Of a stretch of 64,000 nt of DNA, positions 52,107 to 64,000 are shown one piece after another. Source of the DNA: Octopus vulgaris (taxonomy: Eukaryota); the NCBI GenBank assembly GCA_951406725.2, contig OX597824.1, positions 71,052,001 to 71,116,000 of the forward strand. Reading direction: 5' to 3'. The position numbers and the translations under genes were made by a program. The notes under the pieces were generated by a model. The model made no database searches. It was given only the letters and a program-made list of their open reading frames with translations, and was not told the origin of the DNA. The first letter of the stretch is position 1. Each line of letters opens with the position of its first letter.

Positions 52107-52591
52107 TATGGATGGCGATTATGTGTAAACGACTAAGGAAGTATGAAGAGTGGTTTTATCTGCATGTGAGCAAACGTTGTTGGAGGTGACATGCAAACTG
52201 CTGGTGTATAGGAGGAAATGAGTTAAATAAACTTCAACATTGAGTCATACCTGACGTAAAAGTGTGTGTGTGTGTGTGTATGTGTGTGTGCCAGGGTGTC
52301 TATCTTCAACACAGGAAGTGGTGGTGCGACTTAACAGGAAGCCGTTCATCAAGGAGACAAGACCACGGACAGAAACCGTAAGTAGGAAGTTCTGCCAGAT
52401 TTGCATGTCAAACATGGCTGAATGAAACTATTTTCAACAAAGATTGGTACGTATGTACGTATGTACGTACGTCTGTACGTCTGTACGTCTGTACGTATGT
52501 ACGTCTGTACGTATGTACGTCTGTACGTATGTACGTATGTATGTATGTATGTATGTACGTATGCATGTATGTATGTATGTATGTATGTATG

Positions 52592-52622
<31 letters not shown>

Positions 52623-53932
52623 GTATGTATGTATGTATGTATGTATGTATGTATGTATGTATGTGTGTGAGTGCGCGTGTGTGTGGGTATGTGTGTATAT
52701 GTATATAAAGAGAAAGTGAGAGAAGGGCAGAGAGAGACAGAGAGATGGAGAAAGTGAGGAGTGAGATACACAAGGAGTAGACAAAGAGAAAGGTAAGCGG
52801 TAGTCAAAGAAGATGAGAGAGGAAAAACAACGAAGAGACCGAAAGAGAGATGCAGTGAAAAGCAGATCACATGCAAAAGCAGACGATAATATTCTGTGAC
52901 ACACACAAGTAGACAGATAGGGATGACGAGAGGGATAAGGGATGGAGAGGGAGAGAGAATGAAAGGAAGAGACTGGAATGGAGAAGGAGAAAGAGAAGGT
53001 CATATTTTGAGTGAGAAAGAAAGCAAAAGAAAGCAAAAGGAAAATGGAAAACGAAGCTAAACAGTCGAGTTAAAAAGAGAGACATAGAAAGTTAGTTATA
53101 CTGGAAGGAGAGAGAGAGTAGAGAGAGAGAGATGGAGACAGACAGACAGATAGCTAGACAGATAGACAAAGGAACAAACATATTTTATTTGGTGGTGTTA
53201 GACTGATAAGAAATGAGAGAAAAAAATGGACTTGAGTGCAAGAAACGCAAGTGAATCGTTTCGGCCAGCAAGTAAAGAGCTGGTGGTGAGATTTAGGACT
53301 GTGATATGTAATGGAGGTTAGAAGGCAATGGCGGGTGAGGGATGACTTAATTTGGAGTAAGGCAGGTGGAGTGGAGGAGGGTTATCGTTAAACACGTTCT
53401 GAGGAGAACACACAGCTCTGTTGTAATAACTAACACGGCAGGAAACACATGTGATGAAAATGAACGGGGTGCGGGCGCGCGGGAAGGAGGGGTGATGGAG
53501 AGCCGAACGGAACGAAACTAGTAGCCTCGTTGATGGGGTTGACGTGGGTAGGTAGGAAGGTGGGTTTGTAGAGTTAAGGATGGAGGAGGAGGAGGGGGGT
53601 GGGGGATGGGGATGTGTGGGGAGGGGAGGGAGGAGGGGGAGGCTGGTGGATAACCAGAGTAGAACTGGGTTAAGCAAAGCACGATGAGATGTACGTACGG
53701 TGGGTGGCTGAACCAGATAGATCTGAAAGAATGTTTTGAAGACAGTCGCAAAGGCGAAGAAATAAAACATAAGATGAGATGATATAAAGAGAAGACAAGA
53801 ATTGGGGAATATGAGAGAGAGAGAGAGAGAGAGATGAAGTAATTATTTACAAACCGTCTTCAACCTACATCTGGCAGGGAAGAATAAACACAGACATGCA
53901 TAAAACGCACAGCTTAAAACACACACATGCAT

Positions 53933-53978
<46 letters not shown>

Positions 53979-54158
53979 TCTGTGAGTGTATGTATGTGTT
54001 TATGTGTGTATATATGTATGAGTGTACGAGTTTGTGTTTGTGTGTATCTGTGCTTTAAGGTTGGGTATATATATAAACACATACACACGCACGCACACAT
54101 ATATATAATATACATGCACTTATATGTATGTAGTATAACTATGTATGTATGTACATGT

Positions 54159-54194
<36 letters not shown>

Positions 54195-54480
54195 TTGTGT
54201 GTGTGTGTATGTTTGTGTGTGTGTGTATGTATATAAACTAGAGAAGAACCACCATGAAGCAATTCAACAATGATATACTTAAATCATACCATATAGAAAA
54301 AAATTAAAGATACGATAAAACATTTACCTAGAACTAAATAAAGTACTAAATAATAAATAAATAGTATATAATTAGTAAATAGACTACACTTGGTGCTTCT
54401 TTAATTTATATATATGTATTATATATTCTGAAATTTGATTTAGTATTACTAAATTGAATTTTTCCCTATTATTATTATTA

Positions 54481-54538
<58 letters not shown>

Positions 54539-54559
54539 CATTATAATTATTATTTTTAT

Positions 54560-55118
54560 TATTGAGTGAGGGAGCAGTGCATGCCATCAAAGTGACACTG
54601 GGGTAAAATATACGAAGCCCAATATGCCCATCATGACTACCCGTCTGATAAGGGTACACTAGGCACATGCGTCACAACCACATGTGCGCAACATGGTGAT
54701 CTCATATCATGATAAACAGCACATGACCTTGCAGGTGGGGCCCAGTTAGAATTTTCTTCTGATCGAGTAACCCATCCCGCTCAAAAGGTCTCTGAATAAG
54801 GGTTGTTTAAGGATGTTAAACGAAACACCATGTTTCCAGAGGTGAATTATTCAAACCCCAAAGAATCCCTCTCAACACATGGCTATGATGCTCCCCCACT
54901 ACTTCTGGTCGTGATTAGAGATGCATATATCGTCAGCCACTGAAGGACATGCTCAGCTGGTTAAGGTCAAACAACTGACAAGCAAATCTGTGGTAGTGAG
55001 CAGAATATTTGCTGTAGCCCATCTTTTATACCAAGACAAAACAATGTACATGATAACACTTCCAATCAGTTAAGACAAGAACCCATGAAAGCCACTGCCT
55101 GGTACTGCTTCAGGGCAT
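54560..55118. mobile_element. ~560-bp interspersed element embedded in (TTA)n microsatellite, probably an R4/Dong-dependent non-autonomous element
   Basis: A compositionally distinct block flanked on both sides by long (ATT)n runs. Family assignment is inferred from the known TAA-repeat targeting of Dong elements. Confidence 0.45.
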
Positions 55119-55130
55119 GTTATTATTATT

Positions 55131-55184
<54 letters not shown>

Positions 55185-55212
55185 ATTATTATTATTATTA
55201 TTATTATCATCA

Positions 55213-55261
<49 letters not shown>

Positions 55262-55339
55262 ACACACACATATATAGAGAGAGTAAAAACTTGCTGCGGA
55301 CAACGTTGCGTGGTGTTCAATTATAAATAAATAGATATA

Positions 55340-56043
55340 AAATACATCAAGTACGGGACACCATCAACGAGTGAAAATTACGTAGACACACGAGCAATAA
55401 TAGACACAATAATAGACACACGAGCAATAAGTACATGATGAATTACCAAAAAATATACAATAAGAACAGGACATCACCAACGAGTGAAAAATGCGTAACA
55501 TTTAATGAGAGACAAGTACAGAACAAAATACCAAAAGAAGTCTAACCCCTCCTCAGTTGTCGACTGTTAATTACTCCCTATTTCGAGCTTTCAACAACAA
55601 TATAGGAAAACTTCATAAAACGGCAGCATCAACAAATTTTTTAATGAATACATAACGACAGAGTGGACGTACGCTCCCTTTGTTTCTTTCCCTCATCCTC
55701 TCTTTTGTCTCCTTTCTCCTCTACCTGTTTGATCCACGTGACTATAGGCCGTTTTTTTCTTCTAGCCTCTGTCTTTTCTGGACGCGACGCATACTTAATT
55801 GGACGTCATTTCTCTCACCTCCTGACATTTTTTCTCTTGTATTTATTCTATATCCTAGAAAATATTTCTCCCAGGCGTTACCCATTACAATGCATCTTTG
55901 CCTAACGACCCTTAATGTTTGTCTTCGTCGATTGTTTACTCTGCACATCCACTCTGTCGTTATTTGTTCGTTCGAAAATCTAACTCTGACTCGTGTGTCT
56001 ACGTAATTTTCACTCGTTGGTGATATCCTGTACTTGAAGTATT
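55340..56043. mobile_element. Penelope-like pseudo-LTR fragments in inverted arrangement
   Basis: 55341-55394 is the reverse complement of ~55990-56043. 55860-55985 matches 57350-57475 directly, and 55460-55670 matches 57430-57670 inverted. Confidence 0.65.
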
Positions 56044-56051
56044 ATATATAT

Positions 56052-56582
56052 TTAGGCGCGAGAGTGGTTGGTAGCTTGCTTACCAACCACATGGTTCCGG
56101 GTTCAGTCCCACTGCATGGCACCTTGGGCAAGGATCTTCTACTATAGCCTCGGGCCGACCAAATCCTTGTGAGTGGATTTGGTAAACGGAAACTGAAAAG
56201 AAGCCCGTCGTATATATGTATGTGTGTGTGTGTGTGTGTAGGCGCAGGAGTGGCTATGTTGCAGAAAGCTTGCTCCCCAAACGCATAGTTCTGGGTTCAG
56301 TCCCACTGCATGGCACCTTGAGCAAGTGTCTTCTACTATAGCCTCGGGCCGACCAAAGTCTTCTAATTGGATTTGGTAGACGGAAACTGAAAGAAGTCCG
56401 TCGATTATGTATATGTATGTATATGTATATGTATATATATATATATGAGTGTGTTTGTGTGGCTGTGTTTCTCCACCCACCATCACGTGACAACCGATGT
56501 TGGTATGTCTACGCCCCCGTAACTTGGCTCTTCGACTAAAGGCGAAGCTCCAACAAGGCAACAATGACAGAAAAAGGTAAAA

Positions 56583-56585
<3 letters not shown>
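56052..56585 (+). mobile_element. SINE family B with a duplicated head (two heads, one shortened tail)
   Basis: Heads start at ~56053 and ~56239, separated by the internal microsatellite. Confidence 0.82.
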
Positions 56586-56624
<39 letters not shown>

Positions 56625-56796
56625 ACACAGGAAATGTGTCAAAGCCGACAGGAAGCCTAGGGCTAAATTGCGGTGGTGTAATTCCCTTACGGGACTGTCA
56701 CGTTATGTTGACAGTATACAACCACTCTATCGCTCCACCACCGCTCATGTCTCTTTGAGACATTTAGAAATTCAATATTTCTAATATATATATATA

Positions 56797-56879
<83 letters not shown>

Positions 56880-56939
56880 TACATACATACATACATGCAT
56901 GCATACATACATACATACATACATACATACATACATACA

Positions 56940-56971
<32 letters not shown>

Positions 56972-57339
56972 CACACACACACACATACACACACACATAT
57001 ACTGTTTTCTTTCTTTCTCTCTATCCCACTATAACTTTCTTTGCTTCCCCTATCTGTCTTTCTTCTACTCCCTACAATCTGTCGTTCCTTCTCCCTTCTC
57101 CTTACTCCTTTTGTTTCTTTCCCCTCATCCTCTCACTTCTTCCCCTTCCTCTCCGCCTCTGTTACACACACCAGATTACATCCCATTTCTCTTGTCCCTG
57201 TTTTTTTGGGGTTTTTTTTACCAGAGGTTCACCGGTTTGGATGTCATTCTCCTCGGTTCCCTACATTTTTCTTCTACTATTTTCTTTTCTTCTAATTATC
57301 CTATTCCACTATTTTTCTTCTCTTTTCATTATTCTATTT

Positions 57340-57679
57340 CCTTGAAAAAAATTTCTCCCAGGCGTTACCCATTACAATTCATCTTAACCTAACGGCCCTT
57401 AATGTTTGTCTTCGTCGACTATTTACTCTGTATGTCCATCCTGTCGTTGATTGTTCAGTCGAAGCTCAAACTCTCCATGAATTTTATATTTTTAAAATTT
57501 GTGGATGCTGCTGACTTATGAAGTTTCCCTATATATTGTTGTTAAAAGCACGAAATAGGCGTAATAAACGGTCTGACAACTGATGAGGAGTCACTTTATT
57601 TCGGCATTTTTTCCTGAATTTATCTCTCGTGTGTTTACGTATTTTTCACTTGTTGGTGATGTCCTGTACACAATGTTTT

Positions 57680-57680
<1 letters not shown>
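57340..57680 (+). mobile_element. Penelope-like pseudo-LTR copy ending in (TA)n
   Basis: Homologous to the 55.3-56.0 kb fragments and contains GAAA...CTGATGA. Confidence 0.6.
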
Positions 57681-57715
<35 letters not shown>

Positions 57716-57719
<4 letters not shown>

Positions 57720-58173
57720 GTGACGCTACTGTGTAAGTTTCAGCGCACATGCACAGAATTGCATTACTTCTGGTTGGCCACCGGAAGTTTCCTCATGCGC
57801 ATGCGCAGGAACTGCAACCTGAAAGCGTGACCACTAAATCGGTCTTTTTCTGGCAGGGCAGCGCTAGCGATCGGTCGTGGCTCGACTTCTCTCAGGGAAC
57901 ACCCTACGCACAGAGAAGCTCTCACTTCGAAGCGGGAACGAACACCGTATCTTCTTGGCTCACACGAGTGAACATTGTAAACCATCCTGTGGACTCGGCT
58001 GCCAGTTTCCCCACAAGAAATACATATGTATATGTTTTACCTGTGAACCGCAGAATAAACTACTGCTTGTTGTTATTGAAGACAGCCTGACTTTGGTTCC
58101 GTTTCTTCAACTTGTATGTGACAAGATCAGACCAGACACCCCTCCAGTGTTCCTGAACTCTCATCCTGTTACA
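57716..58173 (+). mobile_element. Solo LTR (Gypsy-like), 458 bp, inserted in (TA)n
   Basis: TGTAG...TTACA termini, GC/CpG-rich U3-like half, AATAAA at ~58055, TA repeats on both flanks. Confidence 0.78.
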
Positions 58174-58185
58174 TATATATATATA

Positions 58186-58411
58186 TACTGAGTGCTGCAG
58201 AAGTAACGCCCTTTTTGCATTTAATAACTTTTATAATATATAAATGTTTAGTAAGTAATTTTTCATTGAACACAAATTTATTGAATTACGTAAAGAAACG
58301 AATAATAAGCTAATGAAAAACATCGCACAAGTTTTAAGAAATAAAAAGGAAACTCAATTAGAAACTAGAAAACTCAAATAGCAAAGGGCTTTACTTCTGC
58401 CGCACCCTGTA
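58186..58411. mobile_element. Tc1/mariner-like MITE, TA TSD
   Basis: Imperfect TIRs ctgagtgctgcagaagtaacgcccttt / aaagggctttacttctgccgcaccctg. Confidence 0.65.
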
Positions 58412-58484
58412 TATGTATACACATACATGCATACATACATACATACATACATACATACATACATACATACATACACACACACAT

Positions 58485-58517
<33 letters not shown>

Positions 58518-59185
58518 TACATACATACATACATAGAGTTAAGCTGTACTTAGTACTAACTCTAAGAAAGAGAGAGAGAGAAAGACAAAGAGAGATGGAG
58601 AGAGAGAAATAGAGATGGAGAGATGACGTGGGTGTACACTTCTCAATTCAGAGTAAACGTAGATTAAGAATTTATTGTTGGAATTGGAAGGTTGAATGCC
58701 TCATACTGACCAATGTTCACATCGTGGGAAGGTATCATCAGATTTGTGCTACTATTGCTGCTATAAATGGAAATAAGCGTAATTCAAGGCTCTTGAAACG
58801 TCACAAATTATCACCTTAAATTCGACATCCCAACTAAATTCACAAAAGATCGACCCATCCGCATATATGGCTCGACCAATCAGCAGCGGCTGACTTGTTA
58901 TGGCTGAGACGGCAAAACTTAGTGAGTTTTCCAACCTAACAGTTTGGCCGAAAGTTTTAGAAGGACAGTTATTAGCTATAATAAAAAAAAATTTTTTTTA
59001 AACAGACCAGTGAATCTAACCAAAGAGCCGCTGAACCATCTAGAGGAATCTACGTTTCTTGTCTTAAGGAATGGAATTGTTCTCTTTTACTTTCACTTTT
59101 AAGCAACATACTTATGTCTAAGTCGACAACAGACACTAGCCTTTACTTATAAACCAGTAACACATATTAAATATATGCAGCGAAA

Positions 59186-59640
59186 AGGCAGCGAACGGAT
59201 AGAATGGTTAGTATGCCGAGCAAAACGCTTAGCAGCATTTCGTCCGCCTTTACGTCCTGGGTTCAAATTCCTATTTCTTTATTGCCCACAAGGGGCTAAA
59301 TATAGAGGGGACAAACAAGGACAGACAAAGGGTTTAAGTCGATTACATCGACCCCAGTGCGTAACTGGTACTTAATTTATCGACCCCGAAAGGATGAAAG
59401 GAAAAGTCGACCTCAGCGGAATTTGAACTCAGAACGTATCGGCAGACGAAATACCCTAAGCATTTCGCCCGGCGTGCTAACGATTCTGCCAGATCGCCGC
59501 CTTAGTTCAAATTCCGCTGAGGTCAATTATGCTTTTCATCTTTTCAGGGTCGATAAAATACGTAGCAGTTGATCACTAGAGTCGATGAAATTGACTTTAC
59601 CTCCCACTCGAAATTGCTGACCTTGTGCTAAAATTTGCCA
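59186..59640. mobile_element. SINE-A (minus, ~59271-59503) inserted into the B-box of an older SINE-A (+), TSD gttcaaattcc
   Basis: gttcaaattcc at 59261-59271 and 59505-59515, after which the host resumes. Confidence 0.87.
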
Positions 59641-59720
59641 TCAGTTTATAGGCAGCGGTTAATTTCCTTGCACTCCATTTTTTTCATTACCCAGCAAGTT
59701 ATGTACAGAAGGTACATAAG

Positions 59721-60372
59721 AAGGCGTAGGAGTGGGTGGGTGGTAAGTAGCTTGCTTACCAACCACATGGTTCCGGGTTCAGTCCCACTGCGTGGCACCT
59801 TGGGCGAGTGTCTTCTACTATAGCCTCGGACAAAGCCTTCTCACAAAGCCTTGTGAGTGGATTTGGTAGACGGAAACTGAAAGAAGCCCGTCGTGTATAT
59901 GTATATATATATATGCGATTTTTTTCCTCCGTCTTCCCTTCTCTGGATCTTTCCTTTTCCTATGTTTCTGACAAAGAGCTCCGCTCGAAACGTTAAACCC
60001 TCCTTCTTTCCTTCTTTCCCGAGCGTCCAATAATACTATATTTGTTCCACATCCTCGCGTTGTTGTGTTTTTTTGTGCTTTCATGTTTGGATTAACTATA
60101 GATACGTATGTATGTATGTATGTATGTATGTATGTATGTATGTATGTATGTATGTATGTGTGTATGTGTGTATATGTTTGTGTGTCTGTGTGCATCCCCC
60201 CCAACATCGCTTGACAACCGATGCTGGTGTGTATACATCCCCGTAATTTAGCGGTTCGGCAAAAGAGACCGATAGAATAAGTACAAAGAATAAGTCCTGG
60301 GGTCGATTTTCTCGACTAAAGGTGGTGCTCCAGCATGGCCACAGTCACATGACTGAAACAAGTAAAGGAGTA
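59721..60372 (+). mobile_element. SINE family B with a Penelope-like hammerhead-bearing insert (~59915-60100)
   Basis: The insert is homologous to the reverse complement of 21590-21685. Confidence 0.82.
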
Positions 60373-60539
60373 AAGCGTAACCGTTGTGTTCATTAAACAT
60401 CGAGCCGTTAATTTCTTTAATGAAAATATATATGAATAAAACGATGGAGGTTAATAATATATTTGGAAACTAAAATGTCAGTATGATCATTGTCTACACA
60501 CGCAACCATCCTAACTTATGAACAGCTTAAGAAAAATAT

Positions 60540-62040
60540 CTGGCAAACACCACTCCTTCCTAAAATATTAATGATGGGCGACTTCAACCTTCCTTATGTG
60601 GATTGGCCTACAAATACTTCGAAATCACGTAGTTGTATTTTAACTCCAGGCAGAGCAGCTGTAGGGCAGAATTTAACTTTATGGATGAATCTTTTTCATG
60701 TCTCTAGTCATGCTTCATCGAGTGTGACACAACAAAACTGCTTTAGTCTTTGCATAATATCTGTTCGGAAAAACTCACTTCTCAGACTCCGATTACTCTG
60801 TAATTTAGTTTCCTCTATACTAAAACAAAGCCAGTTGCTCTCACCCCGAACTCCTGTTTGAAAGGATGGAGCTGGATTAACTGCGAAGTAGGAAGACAAC
60901 CTACCGTTTGTCGGTTACTCTTTCATGCACACTTACTCTAACATCAAAGCTACTTGACAGAGACTTGAAGATATACTTCTCGACACTTGTTCAAAGCACG
61001 CTCGAAATAAACTCGTAAACAAAAACACATATAATCTCTCAACGGCGAAATCTAAAGTTTAAATGAAAAAAAAAAGTGGATCTTTTCCTTTTAAACGGCA
61101 CTTTGTAACATAATTTCTAGTTAACTAAACACTTTAAAACTTCGTATACTGGTAGAATGTGTTTATAAAACATCATTTTTTTCTAACCCTAACTAACCCT
61201 AACCTTAAATCTAAAATAGATTGAAATGCAATAGATCGATACTAGGGCCATAATTGTGGGTGACATTTTCATTTGACACAGCTAGAAAAAAATCCCATTT
61301 TCCGTAGCGGTGTCGTATGAAATTGTCACCTATAATTATGGCCCTAGTATCGATCTATTGCATTTCAATCTATTTTAGATGTAGGGTGAGAGTTAGGGTT
61401 AGTTAGGGTTAGGATTAGAGTTAGGGTTAGGATTAGGGTTAGGGGTGCGGGAAGGGTATCTTTTTTCTTCACAAATGTAAATAAACCCAATCTGTTTCTT
61501 AAAGGAGGGACATATTCATACAGCACGGAATATTGTTTACCTAAATGGACTCCAGCGATTGGTTAAAATTGCCGAAATGCTCGAAATTTCAGACGAAATA
61601 TCTTACAAACTATAGAATTTTCTCAATAAAGCCAAAAAAAAATGATGTTTTATAAACACATTCTACCAGTATATGAAGTTTAAATGTGTTTAGTTAACTA
61701 GAAATTGTGTTGAAAAGTGCCGTTCAAAAGGAAAAGATCCAAAAAAGTAAATAAATGACCAGCGAAAAATAACCGAGAGCAACAAGAACAGTGAGGTTGC
61801 AAAATTATCATCTTCACAACAACATGAAAACTACCAACAATAAAGAAACGGTTGGCTACATAAGACTGGGTTATTGAGAAAATCAAATACTAGCCACTTG
61901 CCAATACTAAAAAGTCGTGTTCCAATCAATCATCGGTCTGCTGATTCATGAAAACAGCATTCTACATAATCATGCCGAAGAAATGGCAGAGATTCTACAG
62001 AAAAAAATACTCTTCTCTTTTTAGTTACCTAACCGAAGTT
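60540..62040 (+). mobile_element. Highly decayed CR1/L2-like LINE ORF2 (APE endonuclease and linker) interrupted by a MITE
   Basis: KILMMGDFNLPYVDWPT at ~60560-60610 and IGLLIHENSILHNHAEEMAEILQKK at ~61932-62006. Confidence 0.65.
61078..61740. mobile_element. Merlin-type MITE with an internal fold-back and telomeric repeats, TSD aaaaaagt
   Basis: GGATCTTTTCC termini, ~105-bp TIRs, and a perfect 8-bp TSD at 61070-61077 and 61741-61748. Confidence 0.85.
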
Positions 62041-62554
62041 CACTGAAGCAGTATCATGAAGCTAACGCGCGACTATCATCTCTGGACTACCTTTCGACAA
62101 ACAGAAAGTGTATGGTTTTTCTGTTCTTTTTTGTTTTGTGGAGTTATTTTTATATAGCAACAATAATTAAAATTAAATCAACAGTAAGTTCCGATAACTA
62201 CAGGGGGCAGCAAAAAGACAGAAAACTCCCATATTTTAATCTTAAAGGTTAACAAGCGTTTTAATAGCAAACGCATAGTGTGTACCAATTCAGACCATAA
62301 GGATAACTAAACCAACGGTAAAACATTATCTACCGGGTGGCACTATTATAGTCTGTCTAACTTTACTAGCTACACATCAATAACTGTGCAAAATATGGGA
62401 CATTTTTCAATCGCACACTTTACAATCAGATATTTGAAGAAAGGTTTATTATCCATTTATTCAAATGTAGGAATAGAAAACAGCCTTCCTAAGACATACA
62501 AAATAGGAATCACAAGTTTGGAAATGAACAAAAGAAATTCGCGGAATCAAATCT

Positions 62555-62640
62555 CTGAAATTGGTTGCTCAAAGCCTCGATCTTAATCCACAAGAACACA
62601 GATGAGAGCATCTTGATAGAAGATTATGGGCAAGATCATC
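62555..62640 (+). pseudogene. Tc1-type transposase remnant
   Basis: AQSLDLNPQEHR*EHLDRRLWAR resembles the SPDLNPIENLW..L.RR motif around the catalytic Glu. Confidence 0.5.
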
Positions 62641-62859
62641 GAAAATTATGTCAATCACAGTAGACGAAAGTCTTCGCCGAAGTAAAAACATGGCGAATCA
62701 ATTAGTTGTTACCTAAACGAGAGACTACAAATACTAATTCTAAAATATCATTAATTTTAGATATTGTTTTCATTAAGTTATTACAAGTTTAATTAAAGTA
62801 GCGTTTTATTAATCCGGTTACAAAGTTATTGTTAACCATAGTGTGTAAATATCTGCGTG

Positions 62860-63452
62860 TGTGAAAAAATTATATGGTTAATGGACAATATGTCCAATTT
62901 TTCGGCATATTTGGCATTAGAAATTTTTTCGTTTGCCCTTATTTATGAATTGTTTATAAATTTAACCTTTAAAGGTATATTTTTATATGCTGGCCATTGA
63001 TAAAATTTTTTTAGAAATGAATTTTTTTCGAAAAAAATTTTATCCTACATTAGATATAAATTTAAGCGTTCACTTCCGGACTCTTTCACTCTGTGAGAGC
63101 ATCAGTTCAAATCGCACGTGTCTCGAATGGGCTGGAGTATTTCTATTTTGGATGTATTTGGGGTACTTAATTGTGCTCATGACTTAGTGTTTGCTTCTTC
63201 CATGGGTATGAGTAAGTATCTCATTTATTTCTTTTGCCACATGTACTACTGACGAAGGGAGGGCTGTTATAAGCTAACCCTGAAATCGGTCCGATATGGT
63301 AATAATGGAATTTTTTAGAAATTTCTGTCGACCTTTTTTCGAGTAGCGTGCGTATTGTGAAAAAATTATATGGTTAATGGACAATATGTCCAATTTTTCG
63401 GCATATTTGGCATTAGAAAATTATTCGTTTGCCCTTATCAATGAATTGTTTA
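62860..63452 (+). mobile_element. Penelope-like pseudo-LTR (partial tandem repeat) with a hammerhead motif
   Basis: A ~97-bp direct repeat at ~62861-62957 and ~63357-63454. CTGACGA-AGGG..CCCT-GAAATCGGTC at 63249-63291. Ends in (TA)n. Confidence 0.7.
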
Positions 63453-63565
63453 TATATATACATATGTATATATATGTATATATATATGACGCATGTATGT
63501 TGTATACATGAATGTATGTTAGTAAGTATATATATATATACTTACTATATATATATATATGCATG

Positions 63566-63608
<43 letters not shown>

Positions 63609-63657
63609 ATATATATGTATGTATGTATATATATATGCATATATATATATATATATA

Positions 63658-63715
<58 letters not shown>

Positions 63716-64000
63716 CATGCATATATATATATATATATAATTGAAAAAATATAGAGTCAACAAGGAGTACAGTTGGATATTTATTTTTCAATCACTACAA
63801 TTGTTTCCAAGCAACGTAGTTCTCCATGCGTGCAGGTACTTGATTATGCAACTATTTCCCTGCATTATGAGATCTAGTTGTGTTTCCTCAAGTGATATGT
63901 AAATATTGTCTCTGTACATTCTCGGCTTCAAGAACATCCTCTCTGCCTGTGTATGGTATAAGTGTGAACGACCATGTATATGTACGTATTGGCCGATTCT

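Noticed and set aside
52700-53660. Long purine-rich tract and G-runs (triplex or G-quadruplex potential)
   Set aside because: Low-complexity GA-rich decay typical of this genome, with nothing specific to support a function.

Overview
AT-rich, microsatellite- and transposon-dense eukaryotic genomic DNA. The SINE/LINE repertoire looks like a coleoid cephalopod, most likely Octopus (inference from repeat style, not a database match). Nearly all ORFs in the supplied track are translations of microsatellites or SINEs. Reading splice sites by eye reveals one real multi-exon gene on the minus strand spanning ~43.1 kb to ~1.0 kb, a WFDC1/ps20-like secreted WAP four-disulfide-core protein. Its exons are 42812-43081, 25433-25643, 19655-19696, 15557-15598, 14497-14649 and 9604-9718, plus a probable terminal exon 997-1039 and a possible 24-nt micro-exon 4040-4063; all GT-AG phases are consistent. 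The rest comprises at least three tRNA-derived SINE families, fragments of RTE, CR1-like, Tx1/L1-like and R4/Dong-like LINEs, Helitrons (one with a Pif1 helicase remnant), mariner/Tc1, hAT and Merlin-type MITEs, a solo LTR, and many Penelope-like fragments carrying minimal hammerhead-ribozyme motifs. Points worth a second look are an intact-core hammerhead in sense orientation in a WFDC1 intron, a MITE holding an outward-facing telomeric-repeat fold-back, minisatellites built from SINE 5' heads, recurrent SINE-into-SINE targeting, and an apparent CpG-decay boundary near 19 kb. No CRISPR array, rRNA or bona fide tRNA gene is supported. Repeat boundaries are approximate.
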